A stretch of DNA of 64,000 nt from an uncultured cyanobacterium (lineage in GTDB: Bacteria > Cyanobacteriota > Cyanobacteriia > Cyanobacteriales > CAWCAG01), in the NCBI GenBank assembly GCA_963793425.1, contig CAWCAG010000005.1, positions 1 to 64,000 on the forward strand, in the 5' to 3' direction. Numbering within the stretch: position 1 is the stretch's first letter; each line of letters starts with the position of its first letter. The position numbers and the translations under genes are program-made. The notes beneath the pieces were generated by a model that saw nothing but the letters and a program-made list of their open reading frames with translations, did no database searches and was not told the DNA's origin. This document shows, piece by piece, positions 30,261-40,060 of this stretch.

Positions 30261-31232
30261 ATGCGTATAGCTAAAAATATCACAGAACTTGTTGGCAAAA
30301 CTCCTTTAGTTCGTTTAAATTCTATTCCTCAATCTGAAGGCTGTGTTGCCAAAATTGTCATCAAACTTGAAAGCATGAATCCCGCCGCTTCGGTTAAGGA
30401 TCGTATTGGTGTCAATATGATTGAAGCCGCAGAAAGAGAAGGATTAATTGATCCTGCTTCCACAGTCTTAGTTGAACCAACTTCGGGTAACACAGGAATT
30501 GCCCTGGCTATGGCTGCTGCAGCTAAGGGTTACAAACTAATTTTAACTATGCCGGATAGTATGAGTTTAGAACGTCAGAAAATGTTACGGGCTTATGGGG
30601 CTTATTTAGAACTAACTCCTGGTAGTAAGGGAATGAAAGGGGCGATTCAAAAAGCCCAAGAAATTGCGGAATCCACCTCAAACGCCTTCATGCCCCAACA
30701 ATTTAGTAACCCCGCTAACCCAGAAATCCATCGCCTCACCACCGCTAGGGAAATTTGGGCTGATACTGACGGGGAAGTAGACTTTGTGGTAGCAGGAGTT
30801 GGTACAGGGGGAACTATAACTGGGATAGCGGAAGTTATCAAACAAAAGAAACCCGAATTTCAGGCGATCGCAGTTGAACCGATAGATAGTTCAGTACTTT
30901 CAGGGGGAAAACCAGGTTCCCATAAAATTCAAGGTATTGGGGCTGGTTTTATTCCCGAAGTCCTCAAAATGGATCTGATTGATGAGGTGATAACAGTCAC
31001 CAATGAAGAATCCTTCACTTACAGCCGCCGTTTAGCCAAAGAAGAAGGCATCCTTTCTGGCATCTCCACGGGGGCCGCTTTGTGCGCCGCAATTAAAATC
31101 GCTCAACGACCAGAAAATGAAGGTAAACTAATTGTCACCATCCAACCCAGTTTTGGTGAACGCTACCTAAGTACTCCTCTATTCCAAAATGAAGAACAAG
31201 ACCAAAAATACAAAGAGTTAGCCATGAATTGA
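30261..31232 (+). CDS. cysK: Cysteine synthase A
   Basis: PLP lysine motif [39 protein letters not shown] at 30261. Confidence 0.95.
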   Translation: MRIAKNITELVGKTPLVRLNSIPQSEGCVAKIVIKLESMNPAASVKDRIGVNMIEAAEREGLIDPASTVLVEPTSGNTGIALAMAAAAKGYKLILTMPDSMSLERQKMLRAYGAYLELTPGSKGMKGAIQKAQEIAESTSNAFMPQQFSNPANPEIHRLTTAREIWADTDGEVDFVVAGVGTGGTITGIAEVIKQKKPEFQAIAVEPIDSSVLSGGKPGSHKIQGIGAGFIPEVLKMDLIDEVITVTNEESFTYSRRLAKEEGILSGISTGAALCAAIKIAQRPENEGKLIVTIQPSFGERYLSTPLFQNEEQDQKYKELAMN

Positions 31233-31282
31233 AACACAGTATAAGTGTAGGGAATAGGGAATAGGAAACAGTAAGTTCTTTG

Positions 31283-31317
31283 CTTATTACTTATCACTTA
31301 TTACTTATTACTTATCA
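31283..31317. repeat. Heptamer tandem repeat (CTTATTA/CTTATCA)x5, STRR-like
   Basis: cttatta cttatca cttatta cttatta cttatca between convergent cysK and gcvH. Confidence 0.8.
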
Positions 31318-31713
31318 ATCATCCTCCCCTTCCACCATCGCCCGATACTCATCTGAAGTTAGGGTATCTTCTAACTCATCATCAGGATTAGTTAGGCGTA
31401 CTTTCAGTAACCAGCCTTCACCGTAGGGGTCTTCAGTAATAGTTTCTGGAGACTCAATCACATCTTCGTTGCGGTCAATCACCGTACCTTCTACGGGAGG
31501 ATAGAGGTCTTCTACAGCCTTCACAGATTCGATTGTACCGCAGCTTTCCCCAGGTTCTAGGGCATCGCCGAGTTCTGATAATTCTAAGAAAACAATATCT
31601 CCTAGTTGATCAAGGGCGAAAGCACTAATACCAATAGTGGCGATTTCACCATCTAAACGCACATATTCATGGCTATCGAGATACTTCAAATCATCGGGAT
31701 ATTCTAAAGCCAT
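31315..31713 (-). CDS. gcvH: Glycine cleavage system H protein
   Basis: [20 protein letters not shown], lipoyl motif [15 protein letters not shown]. Confidence 0.95.
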   Translation of the reverse strand: MALEYPDDLKYLDSHEYVRLDGEIATIGISAFALDQLGDIVFLELSELGDALEPGESCGTIESVKAVEDLYPPVEGTVIDRNEDVIESPETITEDPYGEGWLLKVRLTNPDDELEDTLTSDEYRAMVEGEDD

Positions 31714-31778
31714 ATTACATCCTCAAATCTAAATAAGGGAGTTTTAGCGGCATAAGCCATTATTTTTATATCACTTCT

Positions 31779-32639
31779 CTAGACTTTAGTGCGATCGCTA
31801 AGAATTTCATAACCCGTTAGGGTCACTAATACCGTATGTTCAAATTGGGCGGAAAGGGCATTATCGGCGGTTACTACAGTCCATCGGTCGGAGAGAATGC
31901 GAGTAATTTTCGATTTAGCATTTAAAATTGGTTCAATGGCCAAGGTCATCCCTGGTTTTAGCTGAACATTTGGTAATTCGTTGGTACGAAAGTTAAAAAC
32001 CGAGGGGGCTTCGTGGAGGTTGCGACCGACACCATGACCTGTATAATCTTCCACAACGCTATAACCTTTGGCTTTAACATAGTCTTCAATCGCCCCAGCA
32101 ATATCTAAAAGATGGTTATCTGGTTTTACTTGTTCAATACCTTTATATAAAGCTGCTTCAGCCGCCTCAATTAACCTCGCCGCATCTGAAGACACTTTCC
32201 CCACCGCAATGGTAATGCAGGAGTCGCCATGAAAGCCGTTTTGATATGCCCCTGTGTCTACTTTTAAAACATCTCCTGAACGAATAATTTTTTTCCGACT
32301 GGGAATACCATGAACAACTTCGTTATTCAAACAAACACAAATAGAAGCAGGAAAGCCATGATACCCTTTGAAACTAGGAGTTGCCCCCATTTCTCTAATG
32401 CGTTTTTCGGCATAGGTATCTAAGTCTGCGGTAGTCATTCCCGGTTCAACCATCCCTGCAATTTCTTTCAACACCGTCGCCACAATTTGACCGGATCGGC
32501 GCATAATTTCTATTTCTTGTTCAGATTTAATTTCAATTTTGCGGCGATTTCTTTTTAAGGAAGGTAGCCGAAAAGTCAGCTTTTTTTTCTCCCCCTTAAC
32601 TGAGTTTTTTTTGGAAAGCAGTTTGGTTAAAATTTTCAT
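31779..32639 (-). CDS. map: Type I methionyl aminopeptidase
   Basis: [36 protein letters not shown]. Confidence 0.95.
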   Translation of the reverse strand: MKILTKLLSKKNSVKGEKKKLTFRLPSLKRNRRKIEIKSEQEIEIMRRSGQIVATVLKEIAGMVEPGMTTADLDTYAEKRIREMGATPSFKGYHGFPASICVCLNNEVVHGIPSRKKIIRSGDVLKVDTGAYQNGFHGDSCITIAVGKVSSDAARLIEAAEAALYKGIEQVKPDNHLLDIAGAIEDYVKAKGYSVVEDYTGHGVGRNLHEAPSVFNFRTNELPNVQLKPGMTLAIEPILNAKSKITRILSDRWTVVTADNALSAQFEHTVLVTLTGYEILSDRTKV

Positions 32640-32772
32640 AAATTAAAGTTTTAAGTAGTCGTACAAAATTATTTGCATATTTTACTATTCAGTTATATTA
32701 ATTTCTCCCTGCTCCCTCAAACCAAAATTTAGTACCTTACAAGTAAGAGAATTGCCATTAAAGCTTAACAGC

Positions 32773-33720
32773 TTAACCATCAAGTAAAGTCCCTGTCAAA
32801 CGTAAAAAGACATCTTCTAAGTTAGCCGGGCGACGGGTTAGGCGAATTGGTTCTGCACTGCATAACTGCTCCCATAAAGGCTGATAATTCTCAAGGGGTA
32901 AACTGACAATATAACCGCTACCAAAACGGCGATACCAAGTACAATATTCTGCGGTTAATGCTTCTAATGTTTCTGGGGCAATGCCTTCAACTTCTACCAC
33001 TTCTTGACCGACGGTACGTAAAATTAGTTCTTCAGGTGTTCCTTGATCAATGACTTTTCCATGTTGCAGTAACAGCAGTCGGTCACACAATCTCTGGGCT
33101 TCGTCCATATAATGGGTGGTTAAGAGAATGCCCCGCCCGTTTTGTTTTAATTGAGTAACTAAACGCCAAAAATCCTGTCTGGCATCAGGATCTAGTCCTG
33201 TGGTTGGTTCATCAAGAAAGATGATTTGCGGTTGATTGATTAAGGCCCTAGCTAAGACAAGACGGCGCTTTAAGCCTCCTGAAAGTTCATCAAGACGGCT
33301 TTTGCTATAATCTTCTAATCCCACTTGAGCAAGCAACTCTCCAGCCCGTTTCCGAGCCATTTTACCTGTGATGCGGTAGTGGTGGGCAAAATGAATGAGA
33401 TTTTCCCTAACCAAAAAATCAGGATCGAGATTGTCTTCTTGGGTGACAATCCCCATTAAATTACGGGCATCCCTACCCTGAGATTGTACCTGATAGTCTC
33501 CTATTTGCACAAAGCCACGAGTAGGAACAACAAAACCGTACAACATTCCTACTGTGGTGGTTTTGCCTGCACCATTAGCCCCTAACAACCCTAAAACTTC
33601 CCCCCCAGAGAGGGTAAAATTAACTCCCTCAACTACGGTGGAATCGCCATAGGATTTCCATAAATCATGGGCAGTGAGAGTAAGCTTTTCTGAACTGACA
33701 GGAGGGGGTTGTAATTCCAC
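32773..33720 (-). CDS. ABC transporter ATP-binding protein (NodI/DrrA-like)
   Basis: GANGAGKTT, LSGGLKRR, LDEPTTGLDP, TTHYMDEA, LEDVFLRLTG. Confidence 0.9.
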   Translation of the reverse strand: MELQPPPVSSEKLTLTAHDLWKSYGDSTVVEGVNFTLSGGEVLGLLGANGAGKTTTVGMLYGFVVPTRGFVQIGDYQVQSQGRDARNLMGIVTQEDNLDPDFLVRENLIHFAHHYRITGKMARKRAGELLAQVGLEDYSKSRLDELSGGLKRRLVLARALINQPQIIFLDEPTTGLDPDARQDFWRLVTQLKQNGRGILLTTHYMDEAQRLCDRLLLLQHGKVIDQGTPEELILRTVGQEVVEVEGIAPETLEALTAEYCTWYRRFGSGYIVSLPLENYQPLWEQLCSAEPIRLTRRPANLEDVFLRLTGTLLDG

Positions 33721-33829
33721 GAGAATCGGGGGTCTGAGTCTTACCTAAAACCGTAATAATTACAGGTTATCATTTCTATATTCCCAATCTTACCCAAAAT
33801 TAAAAGAAACATTTGCTCGAAAAATAAAT

Positions 33830-34762
33830 ATGTCAAAAATTATTATTGGTATTCATGGTCTAGCTAACAAACCTCCCCAAGAAATTATTGAACTTTGGTG
33901 GAAGCAATCTTTAGTTGAAGGGTTACAAAAAAATTGTAGTTATCAAAATACAGGTTTTGATTTTAGGTTGGTTTATTGGGCTGATTTATTATACAAATAT
34001 AATCTTCATAATGATAAAGACTTTGATTTTGATGAACTCTACAATCGCCAGCCCTATATTGAAGCTAAACCAGGAGCCTTAAAACCCTATCCAGAAGGAA
34101 GATTTTCCGAATTAAGAAAGTTTTCTTTTGGTACTATTGGTAGTGCTATCGATTTGATGACTAAAGATTTTGGCATTAATTTAGCAGCAAGTTTATTTAT
34201 CAATAAAATCTTTAGGGATTTGAATTTATATTATGCTAATGACCGAGAAATTAAAAATCGTTCTGGTGATCTTGAACTAGCTAGGAAAGTTCTTCGTGAT
34301 GAGCTTAAGAATGTTTTATACCAAGAAAGTGATAAGGAAATTATGCTCATTGCCCATTCTATGGGTTCAATTATTTCTTATGATGTTTTAAGGGATTTAG
34401 GACGCACTAACCCTGAGATAAAAGTTCCCCATTATATAACTATTGGTTCTCCTTTAGGCTTACCTACTGTCAAAGGAAAAATCCTGCAAGAAAGAGATTA
34501 CGATGCTAGAGTCCGTACCCCTTCTATTGTGACTAGAACTTGGGTTAATTACGCAGACAGAAGAGATCCTGTAGCTACAGATAACCATTTGTCTGATGAT
34601 TATCAAGCTAATAATAAAGGGATTAAAGTTTTTGATGATTTAGTGATGAATGATTACGAGTTACCCTATCAAGTTGGTAAGACTAACTCCCACAAATCCT
34701 ACGGTTATTTGCGTACTCCGGAATTATCTATGCAGGTTAAATCTTTTTTGAAAAACGGCTAA
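33830..34762 (+). CDS. Alpha/beta hydrolase fold protein (lipase-like)
   Basis: IHGL, nucleophile elbow AHSMG, TIGSPLG, DPVA, C-terminal H..YGYL. Confidence 0.7.
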   Translation: MSKIIIGIHGLANKPPQEIIELWWKQSLVEGLQKNCSYQNTGFDFRLVYWADLLYKYNLHNDKDFDFDELYNRQPYIEAKPGALKPYPEGRFSELRKFSFGTIGSAIDLMTKDFGINLAASLFINKIFRDLNLYYANDREIKNRSGDLELARKVLRDELKNVLYQESDKEIMLIAHSMGSIISYDVLRDLGRTNPEIKVPHYITIGSPLGLPTVKGKILQERDYDARVRTPSIVTRTWVNYADRRDPVATDNHLSDDYQANNKGIKVFDDLVMNDYELPYQVGKTNSHKSYGYLRTPELSMQVKSFLKNG

Positions 34763-34770
34763 TTATTAAT

Positions 34771-34829
34771 TAGGGCAGGTTTATTTTCAGGGTTGATACC
34801 ATAAATTTGAAACTCAAACCTACCCCTAC
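34771..34829. repeat. REP-like inverted repeat between convergent genes
   Basis: tagggcaggttt ... aaacctacccctac; degenerate GTAGGGGCGGGTTT...AAACCCGCCCCTAC-type cyanobacterial palindrome. Confidence 0.55.
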
Positions 34830-34897
34830 TATTACACCATTTTAGCTAGCAGATACCTCTTCTAAGTAACTAAATATTTAGAAAAAGAAGACCTAAC

Positions 34898-35617
34898 CTA
34901 TTTAGTTAAACCAGCCTTTTTCTGTTTGCGTAAAGCGGAAGTTGTACCTAAGCCAGCTAAAGCGAAAAGTCCAAGGATAGAAGTTGGTTCAGGAACAGAA
35001 ACATCATTCAATTTAGCAAACAACATAGTTTGATTAGCCTGGCCTTCTTCTGTAATAAATTGATTGACTTTGGGGCCATCAATAGTGTCAGAAAATCCTA
35101 ATATTTTGAGATTGTAAGTCTTGCCATCAATCTCAACTGTTTCACTAGAAGTAGCATCAGGAATACTGACAACATCTGGACAAATAGTTGCACCCATAGG
35201 ATCACAAGGAGGAGTATTAGGAGTTTCATTGTGAGCAAAATCAAAGGTGAAATCCTGATTAAAAACTGCACCATTTGCTATATCTAGGTTTAAGTTTAAA
35301 GTTGCACCTAAGATAGAACTACCACCACCAATAACAAAGTTATTGTGGGTAAAGGTTCCTAGTTTAAATATGGCTCCATCTATCGCATCACTATCTAATA
35401 ATATCCCCCCGTTACCAGCGAAGTTATAGGAACTTTGAGGACTGCCAGTACCCCAAGCAAGAGTATCTGTACCCTCACCATTAATATTAAGACCACCAAC
35501 AGGATCTGACCAAGTAGCATCGCTAGTGATAGTTATTGCTTGGGCTAATTGACTCCAGCTTAAACTTAAAGCAACAGCAGTAGTAATAGTGCCTAAACTT
35601 TTCGCCAAAAGATTCAT
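34898..35617 (-). CDS. PEP-CTERM sorting domain protein (THxN / choice-of-anchor K-like)
   Basis: Signal peptide ending AQA, LGTFTHNN, HNETPN..C...CPD, C-terminal VPEPTSILG + TM + RKQKK; start at MNLL. Confidence 0.85.
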   Translation of the reverse strand: MNLLAKSLGTITTAVALSLSWSQLAQAITITSDATWSDPVGGLNINGEGTDTLAWGTGSPQSSYNFAGNGGILLDSDAIDGAIFKLGTFTHNNFVIGGGSSILGATLNLNLDIANGAVFNQDFTFDFAHNETPNTPPCDPMGATICPDVVSIPDATSSETVEIDGKTYNLKILGFSDTIDGPKVNQFITEEGQANQTMLFAKLNDVSVPEPTSILGLFALAGLGTTSALRKQKKAGLTK

Positions 35618-36304
35618 TTTTTCTTTCTCCAAGAATTGATTTATTTTAGTTGTATTTTTTGTTGACCTGGATGTAAATCAAATTAGTAAAAGCATTACGA
35701 GCATCTCGTTAAAGAGTTGGTCTGTAATAGCTTATTGCTTACTTGAAACTAACTAACAAGTAACCAGGTACTCCTACATCTAAAATGCTGCTTTTTAAAA
35801 AAATCAAAGATGAAAGCTTCATTTATTTTCTCTTGATTGGCAACAGTCGTAAATAACTGTTGCCTCAGTACCTATGTCTAAATACTACACATGAAAAATA
35901 ATTATCAGAACAAAGTTTATATTTCTAAATCTGAACCAAGACATTGCTTTTATTATTTACAATTGCTTTATAAATAAGTAATATTTGTCAATTTCAAATA
36001 ATAATTCACTATTTATGCCAAATGATTTCAGTTGTTTTTGAGTACTTTAAGTGAAGCAATTAATCCCTTTAAAGAAGCTTTATATATCTTCTCGGTAAAG
36101 TCTTTATGCTTAAATCAGTTAAATAAAGTGATTTTACGTAGGTATGTCCTGTTTTTCTCAACTTGCGAAGCAAGGGAAAAGCTCATGTATTTTACGAAAC
36201 AAAGAAACTTTACCTCATGGCACTAAAACTTATTGGCGATCGCAGATTACTAATTATAGGAAAGACCATCTCCCAATAAGGAATTGACAATATAATTTAA
36301 TTGA

Positions 36305-36682
36305 TTATTCCCTACTTCTGGTAATATCGATAGTGATTTCACCATTAAAGTCGGGGATGGGTGCAGCTAATTTGGTTAACTCCACTCTGACTTGCTGAAT
36401 CGGATCTATAGCTAAAATTGCTTTAGCAATCTCTGTAGCTAATTTTTCGATTAAGTCGAATTTAGCTGTTTGGACAATTTGTTTAACTGTAGAAATTGCT
36501 TGGCGATAATCAAGGGTTTTGGTGAGATCATCGCTGCTTCCTGATGTGGTTAAGTCTAACCACAAAGTTAAATCCACTTCAAACCATTGTCCTAAAACTT
36601 TTTCTTCCTGCAAATATCCGGTATATCCGTAGCAGCGAATTTGAGAAACTTTGATTCGATCCATATCTAGATAATCTGTCAA
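36305..36682 (-). CDS. folB: Dihydroneopterin aldolase
   Basis: YGYTGYLQEEKVLGQWFEVD, SDDLTKTLDY, LIEKLA, TKLAAPIP. Confidence 0.92.
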   Translation of the reverse strand: MTDYLDMDRIKVSQIRCYGYTGYLQEEKVLGQWFEVDLTLWLDLTTSGSSDDLTKTLDYRQAISTVKQIVQTAKFDLIEKLATEIAKAILAIDPIQQVRVELTKLAAPIPDFNGEITIDITRSRE

Positions 36683-36808
36683 TCTTCAATTGACGGGTAA
36701 AAAGTTAGGCAAAAAAGAGATAAATTGTTAATGAGAATAGTGTACCTGGATTTGGCTCAACTTTTTGTATTAAGCTCAAACTGGCTTTAGTATTTTTTTG
36801 AGTAAATA

Positions 36809-37603
36809 ATGAAAGTTTGGCAAGTTGATTTTTATCGCCGACAATCACCAAACCCACAAGAACAAATTGTTTGGGAATTGATTATCTGCCAACCGGAAGG
36901 TGAGTTGGTTTTTGAGGCACAATGCTTACAATCTCAGGCTAATTCAGCTTGGTTAATTGAGCAATTACAAAGGGCCGCTTCAGGAAAGTTACCAACTAAG
37001 TTGCAGGTATTTCGTCCCCAATCTTTAAATTTAGTAACCTTAGCGGGGGAAAAGCTGGGTATAGAGGTGGAAGCTACCCGCCATACCATCCCTTTGAAAC
37101 AAGAATTACTACAACGCAACAACTCCATTGAAGTTGAGGAAAATCCTCCCCAAGCCTTACCCGATCAGTTGTGGGGAGATAAATGGAGTTTCGTAACCTT
37201 TCCGGCAGGGAGTTTAGAAGAAATATTCGGTGATCGCCCCATTCCCATCCGCAGTTTACCAACTTCCCTCTTACCGATTAATTTAGGTATTGCTTCCACA
37301 GTTAAAGTACCGGGAGTCGTCATTTATGGGGGCAGAAAGTCAATGCAAATCGCAAGTTGGTTACAAGGAGTTAAACCAGCAGCATTGAATTACATTCCCA
37401 CAGAAGTAGATAAATCTGGGGGGTTGATTTTAGCCGGGGGATTAGTAGATCGTTGGATTGTTGCCACTTTTGAAGATGAAGAGGTTGCTAGGGCAGCAAA
37501 AATCTATGAAGAAAGGAAGCAGGCTAGCCAAGGATTACATTTTCTCCTCATCCAACCTGATGATTCCGGCATAACAACAAGTGGGTTTTGGCTACTTATA
37601 TAA
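36809..37603 (+). CDS. Tab2/Atab2 family RNA-binding protein (DUF1092)
   Basis: WQVDFYRR, WELIIC, NSAWL, FRPQ, GLHFLLIQPDDSG..SGFWLL. Confidence 0.85.
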   Translation: MKVWQVDFYRRQSPNPQEQIVWELIICQPEGELVFEAQCLQSQANSAWLIEQLQRAASGKLPTKLQVFRPQSLNLVTLAGEKLGIEVEATRHTIPLKQELLQRNNSIEVEENPPQALPDQLWGDKWSFVTFPAGSLEEIFGDRPIPIRSLPTSLLPINLGIASTVKVPGVVIYGGRKSMQIASWLQGVKPAALNYIPTEVDKSGGLILAGGLVDRWIVATFEDEEVARAAKIYEERKQASQGLHFLLIQPDDSGITTSGFWLLI

Positions 37604-37796
37604 GGGATGGCACTTAGGGTTCATGCAAACTTAAAAATATGCCCAAGTAATTGATATTAGGCGCTTTGAAAGCAATATTTTATTTAACTTCATCTAATCT
37701 TTATACAAATAGAAAAAACTACATCGTATCTTTACCTAAGTGATTCGGAACTCCGTTAACTTGGTTGTATAGAAACAAATACCGGAGTTTCATCTT

Positions 37797-38663
37797 ATGT
37801 TTTCTCTTAAAAAACTTGCTCTCACTGCTGCTGGATCTGGATTAATCGCTTTAGGTTTAGGTTTTGCTGAAGCAGCCCAAGCTTTCTCTTGGAATTACAC
37901 AGCCGATAGTTTCGCTGACGGTACTGGAAATGGTCAAGTTGGTGGAGATTACGAAATCTTTGGTACAGCTTACGCTCAAAAAGGAAATCGTCTCTATATT
38001 GGTATCAATAGCAATCTAGCTAAGGGAGGTGTAGCTTATAACGGTGCGGCTGATGGCAACATCAACTACGGAGACTTCTTCTTCAACTTCTCTGGCAAAA
38101 ACTTCAACACAGCAATGAAAGACGGAGATTTATTTGCTGTCAAATTCGCCGAAGGTAATGACTCTGGCGCTACAGAATTGGGGCTTTATGGCGGAGTACA
38201 AGCCAAAAGTGTCACTAAACAAAATAGTGGTTTTGACAGCTTAAAGAAATACAACGACGCGATTAATAAGCAAACTGAAAAAGATGCTTCTCTAGGAGAT
38301 TTGACAATTCAACAAAGCTACGACTATTTAGGAAAAAATAGTTCTGTTCTTAATGTCATCGACACTTATGATACAGTAGTCAGCAACGATGTCACCTTTA
38401 TTGATGACTTCAGCAGCTTAGGACTCGATTTTGCTAGTAATTTGGGTAAAACTGGTAAGTACACCTACGGTTTCAGCTTTGATGTCTCTAGCCTTCCGAA
38501 AGGAGACTTTATTGCTCACTTACTAGTAGAATGTGGTAACGATAGTGTTGCTATCCTTGGTGATATTGAAACACAAGATGTCCCTGAGCCAGCCACAGCC
38601 GCTAGCTTAGCTGTATTCGGATTAGGCTTAGCTATGCGTCGTCGCCAACGCCGTCAAGCTTAA
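37797..38663 (+). CDS. PEP-CTERM (exosortase-dependent) surface protein
   Basis: Signal peptide ending AAQA, ECGND motif, C-terminal VPEPATAASL + TM + RRRQRR. Confidence 0.88.
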   Translation: MFSLKKLALTAAGSGLIALGLGFAEAAQAFSWNYTADSFADGTGNGQVGGDYEIFGTAYAQKGNRLYIGINSNLAKGGVAYNGAADGNINYGDFFFNFSGKNFNTAMKDGDLFAVKFAEGNDSGATELGLYGGVQAKSVTKQNSGFDSLKKYNDAINKQTEKDASLGDLTIQQSYDYLGKNSSVLNVIDTYDTVVSNDVTFIDDFSSLGLDFASNLGKTGKYTYGFSFDVSSLPKGDFIAHLLVECGNDSVAILGDIETQDVPEPATAASLAVFGLGLAMRRRQRRQA

Positions 38664-38867
38664 GTTGTATAATTTAAGGACAGCTAGCAATCAGGGGTGA
38701 TTTTGTTAGCAGAGAAGACGAAAGCAACTAATAACAGATTTCGCAGTTACACGAGAAAGTTTACTTAATTCAAGTTGAATCTCTTCAATTTCAACGAACT
38801 AACCTTCCTCAAAATCTAAAACTTTCCCGTTAAGATAGTAAGAGTCTTTGCCATTGCCTTCTATCTT

Positions 38868-39116
38868 ATGTCAAAAGAACAAATACGCATTTTCCCTGCA
38901 CCTCCTCCTCCTGCGGAGATATTTGCTACCCATCAATTAGCCCACGAATTTCGCCGGGAAGCAGAATATCGCCAGGAATTCAAAGAATATTGCCAGTGGT
39001 ATCGCCAAACCGCTTTGCAACACCAACAAGAAGTAGCAGCAATGCGTAATGACATTAATATTTTTGGTTGGTTGGTAGGGGGAAGGAGTAAGCAAAGCCT
39101 ACCGCCCGCGAATTAA
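38868..39116 (+). CDS. Small conserved cyanobacterial hypothetical protein
   Basis: 82 aa; EF..E..YRQEF..YCQWY...A..HQQE...MR.DINIFGW pattern; stop codon lies inside a palindromic repeat. Confidence 0.7.
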   Translation: MSKEQIRIFPAPPPPAEIFATHQLAHEFRREAEYRQEFKEYCQWYRQTALQHQQEVAAMRNDINIFGWLVGGRSKQSLPPAN

Positions 39117-39283
39117 TTCGGGGCTGATAGCTAAAGTCATACCAAATCGGTGTTGAGTCACATGACTTATCTGTTGGGGTAGGGAGCAGGGAGTAGGAAG
39201 CAGGGAGAAGGGTTTGAAAACTTTATTCCTTGATTTTATAAAGGCACTTTATGAAACGGATTTGGTGTCATCTGAAGATGACT
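39104..39283. repeat. REP-like palindromic element interrupted by a MITE
   Basis: GCCCGCGAATTAATTCGGGGC palindrome, then tgatagctaa and AGTCATCT-GA-AGATGACT (restored once 39140-39270 is removed). Confidence 0.6.
39140..39267. mobile_element. 128-bp MITE with 12-bp terminal inverted repeats and TCA target-site duplication
   Basis: Left end TACCAAATCGGT, right end reverse complement CACCAAATCCGT (10/12 match); flanked by TCA (39137-39139) and TCA (39268-39270). Confidence 0.7.
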
Positions 39284-39376
39284 GGGGGTTTAATAACCGG
39301 ATTTGGTATTAGATGCACCCTCATATAAAATAACGCACAACTACTCATCGTATGGCTTGGCGTTGCTGTTTAGGCA

Positions 39377-40018
39377 TCATTGATTAAAAATGTCTCTAGC
39401 TGCTTTGGTGAGGGCTTCGATGATGCTTGCTTGGCTGAAGTTTAATTGGGGAGGATTTATTTTTTGCCCAAAAACTTGCTCAAATAATTGAGGATCGGGG
39501 TTTAATATCATTGAACCATGTTGCAATACGACATTGCCACGACGTAACTGGGCGCTACCGATTAACTTTTGTCCCTCACTTGTCACTAAGTCTGCACCAG
39601 TAGCAGTGGCAAAGCAGTTAGGATTACCAATATATCCCCTGCCCTTTTCCCCATAATGAAGATCAACTCCGAGGGATCGCCAACCTTGAATGAGAAATTG
39701 ACAAATATATTGGTATACATCCAATAGCTTGCCAGGAGGCTTAGAAGTCACCACCATATAGGTTAAATCTCCTTGATGCAATACAGCCCTCCCTCCTGTG
39801 GGGCGGCGTACTAAATCCACAGGTTTACCTTGCCAGGATAAATTGTGCCAGTGGGTAGGAAATTTGCGTTGATGGTAACCCAGAGAGATAGTTGCAGGAT
39901 GCCAAGTATAGAAACGTAGAGTTGTCGGCTGTTGATTTTGGCGATGTTGTTCTAAAAGCCATTCATCAAAAGCCATATGTTGGATTCCCGATGCTGTAGA
40001 AAAAGGCAGAAAAATCAT
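39377..40018 (-). CDS. Lipoate-protein ligase A / biotin-lipoate A/B ligase family protein
   Basis: MAFDEWLL, LRFYTW, SLGYHQ, RRPTGGRAVLH, KLIGSAQ, LQHGS; start at MIFLP. Confidence 0.88.
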   Translation of the reverse strand: MIFLPFSTASGIQHMAFDEWLLEQHRQNQQPTTLRFYTWHPATISLGYHQRKFPTHWHNLSWQGKPVDLVRRPTGGRAVLHQGDLTYMVVTSKPPGKLLDVYQYICQFLIQGWRSLGVDLHYGEKGRGYIGNPNCFATATGADLVTSEGQKLIGSAQLRRGNVVLQHGSMILNPDPQLFEQVFGQKINPPQLNFSQASIIEALTKAARDIFNQ

Positions 40019-40060
40019 TAAACATTTAGCAACTAGCAACTAGCCATTAGCCATTAGCCA

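Noticed and set aside
33497..33511. VQIGD in the ABC ATPase as another RHIM-like core
   Set aside because: It lies in a structural beta strand of the ABC fold and lacks the GKNVVG..I.G part of the motif; coincidental.
36032..36226. 64-aa ORF in the AT-rich intergenic region
   Set aside because: TTG start, no RBS and no recognisable motif.
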